From Chthonomonas calidirosea (lineage in GTDB: Bacteria > Armatimonadota > Fimbriimonadia > Fimbriimonadales > Fimbriimonadaceae), in assembly GCA_945859975.1 (NCBI GenBank), contig CAMAPH010000005.1, positions 37,977 through 101,976 on the forward strand: a DNA stretch of 64,000 nucleotides. Direction: 5' to 3'. The stretch's first letter is position 1, and each line of letters begins with the position of its first letter. The notes beneath the pieces are model-generated. The model was not told the origin of the DNA. It did no database searches and worked only from the letters and a program-made list of their open reading frames with translations. The position numbers and the translations under genes were made by a program. Below, one piece after another: positions 20,113-31,392 of this stretch.

Positions 20113-20880
20113 ATGGCCATTATCAGCGCGCTTCTTCTTGGGCTGTCGCAGTCGGTGTATTTGCCGAACGCACATGCTCATAACGACTACGTCAACCCAA
20201 AGCCGCTGACCGAAGCCCTGTCGCTCGGATTCAAGAGCATCGAAGTCGACGTGTTCCCGGTTAACGGGAAACTCCTCGTCGGTCACGATAAGAAGGACCT
20301 TAAGCCCGGGAACACCATCGAATCGATGTACTTGAACCCGCTCGTTGCCCGCGCGAAGGATAACGGCGGCTGGGTTTATGGTTCGAAGGAAGAACTCTGG
20401 CTACTGGTGGACATCAAAGAAAAAGGGCCCGAGGCGTACGCGCTTCTCAAGCAGCTGATCAAGCCAAACCAACAGTTTTTCACGGGCTACAGCATCCCCG
20501 GCGGAGTTGTACCGTCTGCGATTCGGATCATCCTGAGCGGAGATCGACCGACGGATATCGTGAAGAAGGAGGACGTCCGTTACGCATTTATCGACGGCCG
20601 ACTCTCGGATCTTGAAAAGATTGATGCCGAGTTGATGCCGCTGATCAGTGACAGTTGGTTAGAGAATTTCGAGTGGCGCGGTGTTGGCGCTCTGAACAAC
20701 AAGGATCGGTTCAAGCTCCAACTCGCCGTGAACCGCGCGCACCGGCAGGGGCAGAAGCTGCGGTTCTGGGCAACGCCGGACACACCACTTGCTTGGAAGA
20801 CGCTTCGCGACTTTGATGTCGACGTGATCGGAACCGATCAACCGGCCAAGCTGGCTGCCTTCCTCAAAGCTCAGCGATAA
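20113..20880 (+). CDS. PI-PLC/GDPD-like (AIM6-like) phosphodiesterase
   Basis: AHAHNDY, SIEVDV, LLVGHD, LLVDIK, RFWATPD, IGTD. Confidence 0.82.
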   Translation: MAIISALLLGLSQSVYLPNAHAHNDYVNPKPLTEALSLGFKSIEVDVFPVNGKLLVGHDKKDLKPGNTIESMYLNPLVARAKDNGGWVYGSKEELWLLVDIKEKGPEAYALLKQLIKPNQQFFTGYSIPGGVVPSAIRIILSGDRPTDIVKKEDVRYAFIDGRLSDLEKIDAELMPLISDSWLENFEWRGVGALNNKDRFKLQLAVNRAHRQGQKLRFWATPDTPLAWKTLRDFDVDVIGTDQPAKLAAFLKAQR

Positions 20881-21355
20881 GGTCGCGGTTCATTTGCGCG
20901 ACCAGCTCTTCTTGTTGCCTCGCAAAGGCAGCTAGCTTCTGTTCCAGGCTCTCGTTGCCGATCGCCAACATTCGGACGGCAAGGAGCCCAGCGTTTTTGG
21001 CGTTGCCAATCGCTACGGTCGCTACCGGGATTCCGGCGGGCATCTGGACGATGCTTAAGAGCGAGTCTTCGCCGCTCAAGTACTTTAGGGCAACAGGGAC
21101 ACCAATGACCGGGAGCGTGGTCAGGCTTGCGACCATGCCAGGCAAGTGCGCAGCGCCACCGGCTCCGGCGATGATGACTTTGATGCCGCGTCCGCTGGCG
21201 GTCTGCGCGTACTCAACCATCTTGAGCGGGGTTCGGTGGGCGCTAACGACCTGGATCTCGTAGCTGATCCCGAAGTCGGCCAGCACTTCGGCCGCCGGTT
21301 TCATGGTTTCAAGGTCGCTTTTGCTCCCCATGATAATGCCAACGGTCGGAGTCAT
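20864..21355 (-). CDS. purE: N5-CAIR mutase
   Basis: [36 protein letters not shown]. Confidence 0.97.
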   Translation of the reverse strand: MTPTVGIIMGSKSDLETMKPAAEVLADFGISYEIQVVSAHRTPLKMVEYAQTASGRGIKVIIAGAGGAAHLPGMVASLTTLPVIGVPVALKYLSGEDSLLSIVQMPAGIPVATVAIGNAKNAGLLAVRMLAIGNESLEQKLAAFARQQEELVAQMNRDLIAEL

Positions 21356-22614
21356 TTTTTCACCTTACCTTTCACCGATCTCGCGGTCTCCACGATCGCG
21401 TCGGCATAGCGCTCGCTGGCACCGGTGTTCGACGCGACGAATTGCCGTGCCTCTTCACTGATCGCTCTTAGCCGAATTGGGTCTTCCAGCTGCTGCCGAA
21501 CCGTGGTCGCGATCTCGCTTGCTTGGACTTGAGTTGTGCCCTTTGCCACCGCGGCCACATCGCGGAAATTCCGCATATTCGGCCCGTGGATGACCGGTAC
21601 CCCGTGCGCGAGGGGCTGGATAATGTTCTGTCCGCCAAGGTCAGCAAACCCACCGCCCACGACGGCAAGGGAGGCAACTGCGTACAGGGCGCTCAATTCC
21701 CCGTACGAATCCAAGATCAAAATCTGCTCGGCCCCGATCTTTTCGTTTGCCGTTCTCCGGAGCATCGGGCCGTTAAAGTGCCGAGCAAACGCCGCGTCTA
21801 ACTCCGCCTTGCGGTCGATATGTCGCGGCGCGAAGATGACTTGAACATCTGGCGTGAGCTTCTTGGCTTGGGCCAAACACTCGTCAAACTCCTCGTGCCG
21901 GATCGAGCCGAAGATGACAATGGGCTTGTCTGGCAAGAGCCCAAGTTCCTCTTGCCATTCGGTCACGCTTTTTCCGCCAGACTCCACCGCCTGATCGAAC
22001 TTGCAGTTTCCAAGCACGCGAACATCCTTCGCACCGAAAGAGGACATCCGATCCGCATCAGGTTGTGCTTGCATCAGAGCCGCTTTCAGCCATGCGGCCA
22101 TCTGCCGGTACAGCGGTGCTACTCGGCTCATGCCCCGAAAACTTCGCTCGCTAATGCGGCCGTTCACGAGGATGACCGGAACGTCAAAGACATCCGCCGC
22201 CCAAAGGAAGTTGAACCAAAGCTCTGTCTCCATGAGAACGGCAACCTTCGGACGGACCGTCTGAATTGCCCCCAGTTGGAACCGGGCGACGTCGATCGGG
22301 AAATAGACCACGTGGTTGACGACTTCGCCAAGTAACGGCTGGGCGGTTTCGAAGCCGCTGCTCGTGGTAACGCTCAGCACAAGATCGTATTCAGGAAGCT
22401 TTCGACGGATGGCCTGCAAAATCGGCTTCGCCGCGACCACTTCGCCCACCGAAACCGCATGAAACCAAATGCGGTTCTCGTGTCGCGGCAAATCGTACTG
22501 CCCGAAACGCTGCTTCCAGTTCGGCATCGGTTGCCGTCGCCGGGCGCGGAACCACATCCACGGCCCCCAGATGGGCGCGAGTAGCGTCAGGACGATATTG
22601 TAGACAAGGAACAT
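21352..22614 (-). CDS. waaA: Kdo transferase
   Basis: [42 protein letters not shown]. Confidence 0.93.
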   Translation of the reverse strand: MFLVYNIVLTLLAPIWGPWMWFRARRRQPMPNWKQRFGQYDLPRHENRIWFHAVSVGEVVAAKPILQAIRRKLPEYDLVLSVTTSSGFETAQPLLGEVVNHVVYFPIDVARFQLGAIQTVRPKVAVLMETELWFNFLWAADVFDVPVILVNGRISERSFRGMSRVAPLYRQMAAWLKAALMQAQPDADRMSSFGAKDVRVLGNCKFDQAVESGGKSVTEWQEELGLLPDKPIVIFGSIRHEEFDECLAQAKKLTPDVQVIFAPRHIDRKAELDAAFARHFNGPMLRRTANEKIGAEQILILDSYGELSALYAVASLAVVGGGFADLGGQNIIQPLAHGVPVIHGPNMRNFRDVAAVAKGTTQVQASEIATTVRQQLEDPIRLRAISEEARQFVASNTGASERYADAIVETARSVKGKVKK

Positions 22615-23507
22615 TACGCCTCGAAACTTCGGCCCGTGATCCGGCCATAAGCTTCCACGTACTTCGCGCGGGTTTGACTCACGATCTCCTCCGGAAGCGC
22701 GGGGCCAGGCGGCTGCTGATCCCAGCCCGTTTCGGCGAGGTAGTTCCGCACGAACTGCTTGTCATAGCTAGCCGGGCTAGAGCCGGGCGCATACTTTTCG
22801 GCATCCCAGAATCGACTTGAGTCTGGCGTTAGGGCCTCGTCAATCCAGATGATTCCGTCGTCGGTCCAGCCGAACTCAAACTTCGTGTCCGCCAGAATGA
22901 TGCCAACGTTGGCACAGTGCTCGGCAGCTTTTGCATAAATCTCGAGCGTCTTCGACTGAATGAACTCTGCCGCTTCAATTCCGATTTGATCCACGACGGA
23001 GGCAAAAGAGATGTTCTCGTCGTGACCTTCCTCCGCTTTGGTCGCGGGGGTGAAAATCGGTTCAGGAAGTCGCGCTGCATCGACCAGCCCCGTCGGCAAG
23101 GCCAACCCATGAATGTCGCCGCCAGACTTCGTGTACTCCTTGAACAAACTGCCGGTGATGTATCCGCGCGCAACGCATTCAATTGGCAACGGCTTAGCTT
23201 TTTTCGCGATGGTGGATCTCCCCGCAAGCTCCGGTTGAGGGTTCTTGCATCGGCTCGCAATTTCTGCGTCGTCGGTGGAGATGACGTGGTTTGGGCAAAG
23301 GTCCGAGAATTTATCGAACCAGAACGTGCTCATTTGGGTGAGGATGCAGCCCTTGTCGGGAATGCCATTGGCCATGACCGCGTCGAACGCACTGATCCGG
23401 TCCGTGGCGACAATCAGAAGCTCATCGCCCAAATCGTAGACCTCACGAACTTTCCCGCACCGCGCGGGCGGAAGTCCAAAAACGGCGGTATGGAGCAGCT
23501 CAGGCAT
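22614..23507 (-). CDS. purC: SAICAR synthase
   Basis: GKVREVY, TDRISAFD, FTPATKA, ADTKFEFG, DEALTPDSSRFW, YDKQFVR. Confidence 0.97.
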   Translation of the reverse strand: MPELLHTAVFGLPPARCGKVREVYDLGDELLIVATDRISAFDAVMANGIPDKGCILTQMSTFWFDKFSDLCPNHVISTDDAEIASRCKNPQPELAGRSTIAKKAKPLPIECVARGYITGSLFKEYTKSGGDIHGLALPTGLVDAARLPEPIFTPATKAEEGHDENISFASVVDQIGIEAAEFIQSKTLEIYAKAAEHCANVGIILADTKFEFGWTDDGIIWIDEALTPDSSRFWDAEKYAPGSSPASYDKQFVRNYLAETGWDQQPPGPALPEEIVSQTRAKYVEAYGRITGRSFEA

Positions 23508-23529
23508 GCCTGATTATTGCGCGGATTCC

Positions 23530-23558
23530 GGCGCAATCTCGTCGGGCGAGATTGCGCC
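23530..23558. terminator. 12-bp stem hairpin without U-tract
   Basis: GGCGCAATCTCG-TCGGG-CGAGATTGCGCC just downstream of the 23576 stop. Confidence 0.5.
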
Positions 23559-23575
23559 AGAAACATTCGCTTGCC

Positions 23576-26500
23576 TTACTTCAGTCGCTTGATGCGAATG
23601 TTGCGTAGGGCGACCGGGTCGCCGTGGTCTTGGAAGACCAAGTTACCGACCTTGCGCTGACCGTAGATCGCGGCGTTCGCGAACTTCGACTTCAGCACTC
23701 GATCTTTCCAGTCCGCCGAGTTGATCTCGTAGGCCGCGACCTTCTTGCCGTTGAGCCAGTGCTCGATGCTGTTTCCGCGAGCAACAACTCGGGAGCTGTT
23801 CCACTGTCCCGCCGCGCGAGCCTGAGCTCGATCCGTTGGGTAGATCGCATACACCGAGCCAGCACTGGTCATCGGGCTACGACCGTCGTTATGTCGCAAG
23901 TTGTCCAGCAACTGATACTCCGGTCCGGTGATGTACGGCGCGGTGTACTCCTCGGTTGATCGGTACATCATGCCGCTGTTTCCGCCAGGTCCGACTTTCC
24001 ATTCCCATCGGAAATCGAAGTCGCCAAAAGTATCCAACGTGCGGAGATCTCCACCGCCGCCAGAACCGGGCACGTAGCGAATTTCGCCGTTGACGGCCTT
24101 CCAGCCGGTCGGAACCACCTTCTGGCGGAAGCCAATCCAGTTGCTCAGCGACTTGCCATCGAACAGGAGTTCAAAGCCTTCCTTCTTTTCTTGCTCGCTC
24201 AGTCCAGTGACCGGTTTGGCCGGATTCGGCTTGACCGTTGCGTTCTGTGGAATCTCGTTCAGGGTGTACCAAGCTTCCGTGCTCCAAAGGTTCTCTCCAG
24301 ACTTTGAGAGCAAAGTTGGGTCGAGGCGGAAGTAGACGACGTTGCCGGCTTTGAGGCCGTCGAGTTCGACGAAGACCTTCTTTCGGTCCTTTGAAACGGT
24401 GATCGACTTCGGCTGCTTGACCTCAGTGTCGACCTTTGGTCCACCGTACTGCTCGGTTGGCACATACCGCCAGGTCTGAACGGTGTAGTCGGCCGCGTCG
24501 TTGCCGTTGAACTCGGCCAGAGGCTGAGTCAACTCAAGTTCAAATCCGTTCGTCTTCGCCCGCGTAGCGAGGATTTCGAAGGTGGACTTGCCGTTGAACT
24601 TGATCTTCTGCAGACCAAATCGCTCTTTGCCTTCCTGTCCCCAGTTGCCCGCCGCGCCGATGCCGCCAATATAAAGCGCGCCGTCTGGACCCCAGGCAAT
24701 GCGGTTCACGCCGGCTTCGAGGCCCTGAGTGAACCGATAGACCGCGCCTTGTAGCACGCCGTTAACCTGCTCGACCGAGACACGCTTGACGCCGCCGTGC
24801 GTGACGTCGCCGTGAAGCATCTGCCCCTTGTAAGGGCCGTCGTTCATCGTTGTTGGGTTGCTTGGCGAGTTGCCAATTTCACCCTGCGGCAACCAAACCA
24901 CCGGAGGCTGCTCTTTCAGACCCTTCGTTCCAGTCGGATCAACCGACCGCGAACCGAAGAATGCACCGGGCTTGTAGTGAAGAATTTTCGAGCTAGGTAG
25001 CCAGTCGCCCTGGTTGTCGGCAATGAAGATCTCGCCTTTGTAGCCAAAGCCGATGCCGTTCGGGGTTCGAAGACCGTGCGCAACGAGTTCGTAGTCACCC
25101 GTCTTGCCGTTGATCTTAACGACCTTGCCACGATCTGGGTTCTGTGGCTGAGTGCTGGCACCGCCTGGATTGATCGCCGTTGCAAGATTTCCGTAGAAGT
25201 AACCGTCCTTGTAGACAAGTCCGAAAGCGAACTCGTGGAAGTTGTCGGTCACTCCCCATCCGTTGGCAAGCGCGTAATACTCATCCGTAATGCCATCGCC
25301 ATTTTTGTCGATGAGCTTCGTGAGTTCCTGCTTTTGCAGAACGTAGATGTCCTTACCAACGACCGCAAGTCCGAGCGGCTCAGCGAGACCTTTCGCGATC
25401 TGCGTGACCTTAACCGATTCCGCGCCCTTTTCGATGCCGCTTAGCTTGTAAACCGCGCCGTCAGCGTCCCACGTGCAAACCAGCATTTCGCCGGTTGGCA
25501 AGAAGGCAATTCCGCCGACTCGCGGCTTAAAGTCCTTTGGACGAATGGTGATCAGATCGTACGACGGGTGAACGCCTTCGAGCGGTCGCTGGTCGCCTGG
25601 GCGGCTGTAGTTACCCTCGACGATGACATTCTTTCGGCCCGGAGACGTTACGCGAACTTCGCCTTCGATGGTCGTGAAAGCGCTGGCAGGAATCAGTTCC
25701 CAAGTCGTTGACCCGGGCTTTTGCCATTCCAACCTCAACGTCGCGTCTGCTCCGCCCTGGAAGTATTCGATGCGAAACGGATGCTCACCCGGATCAAGGG
25801 TGAACTCGCCCGTGTTGTAATCGAACGAGTGCAGACCGTCGTGATTCACGACCATCGTGTCTCGAATGTACAGATTCGAACCGTCATCACTGCCTAGGCG
25901 GAACTTGAACTTGCCGGTGTCTTTAACGTTCAAAAACCCGCTAATGTGAACGATGAAGTTCTCTTCGAATCCACCGAAGTCGTCCTTCGACTTCAGGTCA
26001 ACCACCGGCAGGACATAGGACTTGCTTGGCGTCTGCGCCGCAACAAGGACCGGCACTTTCGACATTCCAATTCCGACATCGTAAACGCGAACGGCAACGC
26101 CCGGAATGCGGCCCGCGACCGGTTCCTGCGGAAGACTGGCCGACCCTGCAAAGAGAATTTCGTCGTTCTTCTGAACCGACGTCGGTGCCGGAATAAATCC
26201 AACCACGAGGTGATTGAGCGTGGGCCCTGGCTTTCCGCCGTTCGCAACGCGCGCTCGTTCTTCCTGCTCTTCGTTTCGCTCAAAGAGCAGCTCACCGTCG
26301 ATGACCAGTTGCTTCTCGCCGTTGACCGTTACTTCCTTTTCTGAAACGATCTTAAAGTCGCCCTGCGAGATGAATTCGCGTTTGTTGGCGATGGATTCAA
26401 CTCGGGTCTTGAGCTTCAGCTTCAGGTCGTTGGTGAGACCCCAGACTTTGAATTGCCGAATGAACCCCGTTCGGTCGTTTCGGTTGTAGTACTCCGGCGT

Positions 26501-26929
26501 TTCTTCGATTCGGATCGATGTCTTGCCGGGGCGGGGAATTTCGTACTGAAGGACGCACTGTTTGTCCTCCATTCGATAGCCCCGGTACCTGATCGGGGCG
26601 GGCATGGTTTGACCGCTTTGTTCGATGAACCAAACGGGCTGATCCACGATGCCGCTTTCATACCGAGCTCCTTCGCTGGTGGGCTGTGGACCATGTGAGG
26701 CGGTGTAAACCGCCCCGTCAAACTTTACGCCGCCCGCCCATGCCTTGTAGAGTCCGCAGTTGGTCGCGTCGTATGCCACCCACAGCTTTTCGTTCAGAGC
26801 GAGGGTGACAATCCGGGCTCGCTGATCAAGCACGGAGCGGAAAACCCAGATGTCTCTGGGCCGTTGCGGAGCAGGCGGGGTGACGAATTGCGGTGAGTAA
26901 ATCACCAGGGAAGCTAGGAGCCCGAGCAC
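23576..26929 (-). CDS. Large secreted protein: PA14 domain, beta-propeller and DUF1080 (3-keto-disaccharide hydrolase-like)
   Basis: PA14 FRLGSDDGS..EYFQGG; propeller GLAEPLG, GLRTPNG, DNQGDW; DUF1080 LLFDGKSL..GNSG..EYQLLD..QDHG. Confidence 0.85.
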   Translation of the reverse strand: MLGLLASLVIYSPQFVTPPAPQRPRDIWVFRSVLDQRARIVTLALNEKLWVAYDATNCGLYKAWAGGVKFDGAVYTASHGPQPTSEGARYESGIVDQPVWFIEQSGQTMPAPIRYRGYRMEDKQCVLQYEIPRPGKTSIRIEETPEYYNRNDRTGFIRQFKVWGLTNDLKLKLKTRVESIANKREFISQGDFKIVSEKEVTVNGEKQLVIDGELLFERNEEQEERARVANGGKPGPTLNHLVVGFIPAPTSVQKNDEILFAGSASLPQEPVAGRIPGVAVRVYDVGIGMSKVPVLVAAQTPSKSYVLPVVDLKSKDDFGGFEENFIVHISGFLNVKDTGKFKFRLGSDDGSNLYIRDTMVVNHDGLHSFDYNTGEFTLDPGEHPFRIEYFQGGADATLRLEWQKPGSTTWELIPASAFTTIEGEVRVTSPGRKNVIVEGNYSRPGDQRPLEGVHPSYDLITIRPKDFKPRVGGIAFLPTGEMLVCTWDADGAVYKLSGIEKGAESVKVTQIAKGLAEPLGLAVVGKDIYVLQKQELTKLIDKNGDGITDEYYALANGWGVTDNFHEFAFGLVYKDGYFYGNLATAINPGGASTQPQNPDRGKVVKINGKTGDYELVAHGLRTPNGIGFGYKGEIFIADNQGDWLPSSKILHYKPGAFFGSRSVDPTGTKGLKEQPPVVWLPQGEIGNSPSNPTTMNDGPYKGQMLHGDVTHGGVKRVSVEQVNGVLQGAVYRFTQGLEAGVNRIAWGPDGALYIGGIGAAGNWGQEGKERFGLQKIKFNGKSTFEILATRAKTNGFELELTQPLAEFNGNDAADYTVQTWRYVPTEQYGGPKVDTEVKQPKSITVSKDRKKVFVELDGLKAGNVVYFRLDPTLLSKSGENLWSTEAWYTLNEIPQNATVKPNPAKPVTGLSEQEKKEGFELLFDGKSLSNWIGFRQKVVPTGWKAVNGEIRYVPGSGGGGDLRTLDTFGDFDFRWEWKVGPGGNSGMMYRSTEEYTAPYITGPEYQLLDNLRHNDGRSPMTSAGSVYAIYPTDRAQARAAGQWNSSRVVARGNSIEHWLNGKKVAAYEINSADWKDRVLKSKFANAAIYGQRKVGNLVFQDHGDPVALRNIRIKRLK

Positions 26930-26938
26930 CCCTAAGTT

Positions 26939-29077
26939 TTACCCCTGTTGGTCTTTAAACTTAAGCTTTAGCCCACCGGGAACGAGCTTTGCTTGAGGCT
27001 TCATTTTTGGATCGAGGATGAGGGTCTTGACGAAGTACTCCCACATTCGATTCGTGTTCATCTGCGTGTGTCCCTGGTCCGGTCCGACCTGCATGTCGTA
27101 CCGCTTGCCCGCGCGCTCCAAAGAGCGAATAAACATGTAGGTGTTCGCCGGATGGACGTTATTATCGGAAGTACCGATGTAAAGCATCAGGTTCCCTTTA
27201 AGCTCTTTTGCGTAGGTGAACGCTGACCCAGCTTCGTATCCGGCTTTGTTCTCGCCTTCCGCTGGTAGCCCCATAAAGCGCTCCGTGTAGATCGTATCGT
27301 AGTGGCGCCAGTCAGTCACGCTGCTACTCGCACACGCCGTTCGGAAGACGTTTGGGTGTCGCAGGATCGCCATGATCGACGCGTACCCGCCGTAGGAAGT
27401 GCCGTAGATTCCAACCCGTGCAGGATCAACGTAGGGGCGCTTACCAAGCTCCTTGATGCCCGCCGCTTGGTCGTCAATTTCGACGACGCCGAGCTTGCCG
27501 TAAACGGCGTCTCGGAACGCCTTACCTCGACCGTTCGTGCCTCGCCCCGCGAGGTTTACGACCAAGAAACCCATCTCCGTGAGTGGACTCGGTGCGCGGA
27601 ATCCGACCTGTGGACCACCCGATTCGGGTCCAGCGTAAACGCTCAAAACCATCGGGTACTTCTTGCTCGGATCAAAGTCGGACGGGAATTGGACGGTGCC
27701 AAAGCAGTCGGTCACGCCATCTGCGGCCTTGAACTTGAACAACTCCGTCTTCTTGAGCCCGAGCTTTTCCCATTCCGTGAGATCGGATTTTGCTAGGACG
27801 ACCTCGGCCTTACCAGGCTGAATCAACACGGTTTCCGGCGCAGAATCGGGAGTCTGGCGGACAGTAACGTACCGCTCACCATCGGGAGCCAAGTTGACCG
27901 CGTGGTTGAACTTTTGATCGGTGAGGATCTTGTCCGTCTTTCCATCCAGGCTCGCCACGTGAAGCTGGAGGAAGTACGGATTGTCCAAACCAGAAGCGGT
28001 GTAGAAGACGCGGTTCTTGGCTTCATCCACTCGGACAATGCTGATGACGTCTCGCCCAAGCTTCGTAATCGGGTTCAAGATTCCCTTCTTGATGTCAGCG
28101 AGATAAAGGTTTTTGAACCCGCCCTTTTCGCTGCTCCAGATGAAGCGCTGCTGATCCTTTAAGAACTGCGCGTCCGGATGGTTCTCGGCCCAGCTTTGCG
28201 ATTGTCGCTCTTCAAGGATCACTCGCGACTTGCCAGTCGCCGGGTCTGCCGCGCAGAACTGCATGACGTTCTGCTTTCGGTTGGTGCGGTTGAAGAAGAG
28301 TTCCTTCCCGTCCGGCGACCACTTAACGTCGTACACGTACTCGCCAAGCGTTGCGTCGCCAAACTGCGTATCGACGGTGATCGAAGCGCCTGTCGTTGGA
28401 TTCGCGATGCGCAATTGAACAACTGGGTTCACCGTGCCGGCTTTTGGATAGGCTTCAGTGTCGAGGGTCGACTGAAATTCCGTCTGCGCGAGGGCCAGGT
28501 AGTAGTCCTTCACCGAGGTTTCGTCAAATCGATAATAGGCCAGCTTTGAGCTATCCGGAGACCACCACATGGCCTCTCGCACGTTAAGCTCTTCGCCATA
28601 GACCCAACTGGCGACACCATTCTTGATGCGCTTATCGACGGAGCCGTCAGTCGTGAGCGCTTTCTCAGCGACTCCAGTGCCCTTGACATAAACGTTCCGA
28701 TCTCGAGTGACCGCGGTCCACTTGCCGTCCGCTGAAGTGGCGGTGTCGAATTGCCGTCCACGTTCGGGAGCTTGGCGTGCTCCACCGGCGCGCCGATTTG
28801 GCGTCGTGGCCGCGGCCGTAACTTCGCTGATCGCGCCGGTCGCAAAGTCATAGCGGCTCGCTTTTCCGCGTACAGTGAAAGTGACGCCCTTCCCGTCTTC
28901 ATCCCATACCACCGAGGCAACGCCGGGCTGGAATGTCTGCGCACGGGCGAGCTTTTGGTATCGATCGTATCTCGGCATTTCCGCAAAAACCTCCTGAGCA
29001 AAGGCTACCGATCCAAGGGCAAACCCCGAAATCAGCAAGCCGGGAACAAGGAAAAATCTGTTGGCCGAAAAGCGCAT
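26939..29077 (-). CDS. S9B dipeptidyl peptidase IV family protein
   Basis: WVYGEE, YPKAG, GTSYGG nucleophile, YTERFMG, DNNVH. Confidence 0.92.
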   Translation of the reverse strand: MRFSANRFFLVPGLLISGFALGSVAFAQEVFAEMPRYDRYQKLARAQTFQPGVASVVWDEDGKGVTFTVRGKASRYDFATGAISEVTAAATTPNRRAGGARQAPERGRQFDTATSADGKWTAVTRDRNVYVKGTGVAEKALTTDGSVDKRIKNGVASWVYGEELNVREAMWWSPDSSKLAYYRFDETSVKDYYLALAQTEFQSTLDTEAYPKAGTVNPVVQLRIANPTTGASITVDTQFGDATLGEYVYDVKWSPDGKELFFNRTNRKQNVMQFCAADPATGKSRVILEERQSQSWAENHPDAQFLKDQQRFIWSSEKGGFKNLYLADIKKGILNPITKLGRDVISIVRVDEAKNRVFYTASGLDNPYFLQLHVASLDGKTDKILTDQKFNHAVNLAPDGERYVTVRQTPDSAPETVLIQPGKAEVVLAKSDLTEWEKLGLKKTELFKFKAADGVTDCFGTVQFPSDFDPSKKYPMVLSVYAGPESGGPQVGFRAPSPLTEMGFLVVNLAGRGTNGRGKAFRDAVYGKLGVVEIDDQAAGIKELGKRPYVDPARVGIYGTSYGGYASIMAILRHPNVFRTACASSSVTDWRHYDTIYTERFMGLPAEGENKAGYEAGSAFTYAKELKGNLMLYIGTSDNNVHPANTYMFIRSLERAGKRYDMQVGPDQGHTQMNTNRMWEYFVKTLILDPKMKPQAKLVPGGLKLKFKDQQG

Positions 29078-29085
29078 AGAGGGCA

Positions 29086-29805
29086 TTATCCGACACTCTG
29101 CCCGTTTTCGACTTGCGGTTGCTTCCATTTTCGGCTAAGCCAAACCGCGAAAGGTGCCAGTACAAGCGCCGGAAGAAACGCTGCCGTTGGCAAACTCTTC
29201 ACGTTCAGCAGCCCGAAAGCCGTGGCAATCAGCATGAGGCCACCTGTTGCCGATGCCTCCCGAATGAACTCCGGATCGTCCGCAATCGACTTCAGCGGCT
29301 TCGCGAGAAGCGTCAGCCCGCCTTGAATGAGAAACACCAAGATCGCGCTGGCAAGCACCCCGACGCCAAGGGTGGCGGCAAGGAACATCGCCGCAACGCC
29401 ATCGAGAAGACTCTTAATCGCCAGCAACTCGATCTTCTTCTCCAATGCGTCCTGGAGACACCCAAGCAGAGTCATCGGGCCGACACAGAAAAGGACCGTC
29501 GCAGTGATCAAACCCTCCTGAAATCGGCCCGCTCCGCCGAAGGCTTGTTTCATCTGGTCCGCGAGGTTGGCCAGCCCAGCTTCGATGCCCATGAGGCGAC
29601 CAAGGATTCCGCCGATGGTAATTGCTGCCGCGACCAGCATGAGTTGCTTCGTCTCGAAGAAGGTCTTCATCCCGAGCCCGAGTGTGACGAGCCCGAGGCC
29701 AGTGAGGGCAACTTCCATGAGGCCCTCGGGAATGATCTTCCCGAGGGCCAAGCCGATGCCGGCGCCCACCGCAACCGTTGCGGTGTTGAGTAACGTTCCG
29801 CGCAT
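29086..29805 (-). CDS. DUF554 family membrane protein
   Basis: GTLLN, LFCVGPMTLLG, KSLLDG, QGGLT. Confidence 0.9.
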   Translation of the reverse strand: MRGTLLNTATVAVGAGIGLALGKIIPEGLMEVALTGLGLVTLGLGMKTFFETKQLMLVAAAITIGGILGRLMGIEAGLANLADQMKQAFGGAGRFQEGLITATVLFCVGPMTLLGCLQDALEKKIELLAIKSLLDGVAAMFLAATLGVGVLASAILVFLIQGGLTLLAKPLKSIADDPEFIREASATGGLMLIATAFGLLNVKSLPTAAFLPALVLAPFAVWLSRKWKQPQVENGQSVG

Positions 29806-29812
29806 AGCGGAA

Positions 29813-31288
29813 CTAGTTTCCGGTCGTGTTTCGCTTCAGCGGACCCGATCGATCCGCGAGTTCAGCAGCGGTGAGATAACCAAGCTTTGCCGCGTTCGCG
29901 ATCTTCTCGTAGTTGATCTTGTCGGCGGTGTCGGTTGGCTGGTGGTAGTCCGGGTGGAATCCATCAAAGAAGAACGCGATTGGAATGCCGACCTTCGCGA
30001 AGTTGTAGTGGTCGCTTCTCGTGTAAACATCCTCTGCGTCGTACTTGAACTTGAACTTCGTATGCTGGTTCAAACGCTGAATGATGTCGTCAATCTCATT
30101 CGAGATCTTCTTGGTTCCGACCAAACGGATGGTATCTCGGTTTTCGTCTGCCTTATCGACGCGGCTCGGGTCGCCGTTCTGAACGCCATCACTGTCGCGT
30201 CCGACCATGTCCATCTGGATCTCCGCGATCATCTTGTCGTGCGGCATCTTCGGATTGTCCGAATAGTAAGCGCTACCCAACAGGCCGCGCTCTTCGCCGC
30301 AGAACCACATGAAGATGATGCTGCGCTTTGGCTTTACCGGATTGGTGCTGAATGCCTTGGCGATCTGAAGAACCGCCGTGCTACCGCTTGCGTCATCGTC
30401 TGCGCCCGGATAAACCACGCCTCCAGTAACCCCGAGGTGATCGAGGTGTGCACCGATTCCTACCGTTTCGGCTTTCAACGTTGGGTCGCTACCCTCAAGA
30501 ATGCCAACGACGTTCGGCACGCCGACTTCTTCAAACATTCCCTTGCCGGAAATCTTGATGTCGCCGAGTTCCGTTGCTTCCGAAACCGTTGCGGCTGGGG
30601 TTGCAAGAGATATGTCCTTCTTAACGCTGCTGGCAAGCTTTTTCACGCCAGCTTCGGTGATGCTTCCACGGATATTCGCCCGTGCTCCTGCGGTTGGGGC
30701 AGTTCGCGTTGGGCTCCATTCTCCGGCAGCTACGGTCTTTCTCAGGTTCAAAATCAGCTTCGGACGGTTGCCAGCGAACTGTCGCATCAGGTCGCGGGAT
30801 TGCGTACCGACGATGATGACAATCGCATCCTTTAGAACCGCAGGTTCGGCGAGGGCAGCACCGCCCGTTCGGAGCACAACAGCCTTGCCTTCAACGGTAA
30901 AAGCTTCTGTTGCACCGGAAAGGGCAATGTCAGAACCGATCGACGCCTTTTTGCCCGCAAGTTCCACGTTCACAGAACCCGGATCGATGCGACTTCGATA
31001 GAACGGCATGTTCTGGAAATAGGTGCCGTTGTCGCCTAACGGCTTGATTCCCCAGCCTTTCAGCTTCCCGGCAACGTATTCCGCCGCCTTTTGGAAACCA
31101 GGTTGTCCGGTGCCTCGGCCCTGAGTTTCAGGTCCGGCAAGGTAGCCCAAGAACTCGCGTCCGTCCTTTTGGTTGATGCTCTCGAACCCAACCTTCTGGG
31201 CGGCGGGTGGGGGAACGCTGCCAGCGTATTGGGCAAACGAGAGCGAACTCAGTCCCGCAAGCAGGACGGAAACAGGTAGGCGACGCAT
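29813..31288 (-). CDS. Secreted M28 peptidase
   Basis: GAHLDH, GADDDASG, GEERGLLGS, DMVGR, RSDHYNF, YHQPTD. Confidence 0.92.
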   Translation of the reverse strand: MRRLPVSVLLAGLSSLSFAQYAGSVPPPAAQKVGFESINQKDGREFLGYLAGPETQGRGTGQPGFQKAAEYVAGKLKGWGIKPLGDNGTYFQNMPFYRSRIDPGSVNVELAGKKASIGSDIALSGATEAFTVEGKAVVLRTGGAALAEPAVLKDAIVIIVGTQSRDLMRQFAGNRPKLILNLRKTVAAGEWSPTRTAPTAGARANIRGSITEAGVKKLASSVKKDISLATPAATVSEATELGDIKISGKGMFEEVGVPNVVGILEGSDPTLKAETVGIGAHLDHLGVTGGVVYPGADDDASGSTAVLQIAKAFSTNPVKPKRSIIFMWFCGEERGLLGSAYYSDNPKMPHDKMIAEIQMDMVGRDSDGVQNGDPSRVDKADENRDTIRLVGTKKISNEIDDIIQRLNQHTKFKFKYDAEDVYTRSDHYNFAKVGIPIAFFFDGFHPDYHQPTDTADKINYEKIANAAKLGYLTAAELADRSGPLKRNTTGN

Positions 31289-31370
31289 AGGTGGTTAATA
31301 TACGCGACATTTCCCGGATCCGAGTTCCGCGAAAGTCCTAACCCAGTAATATTTCCCTACGCCCGGCCCA

Positions 31371-31392
31371 CATAATTAGACAGTTGGCTAAA
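31371..31392 (+). promoter_or_regulatory. -10 box (CATAAT) and imperfect palindrome over the sdpR start, putative autorepression operator
   Basis: CATAAT at 31371-31376; TTAGACAGTTGGCTAA (TTAG/CTAA and CA/TG symmetric) spans the TTG at 31384. Confidence 0.55.
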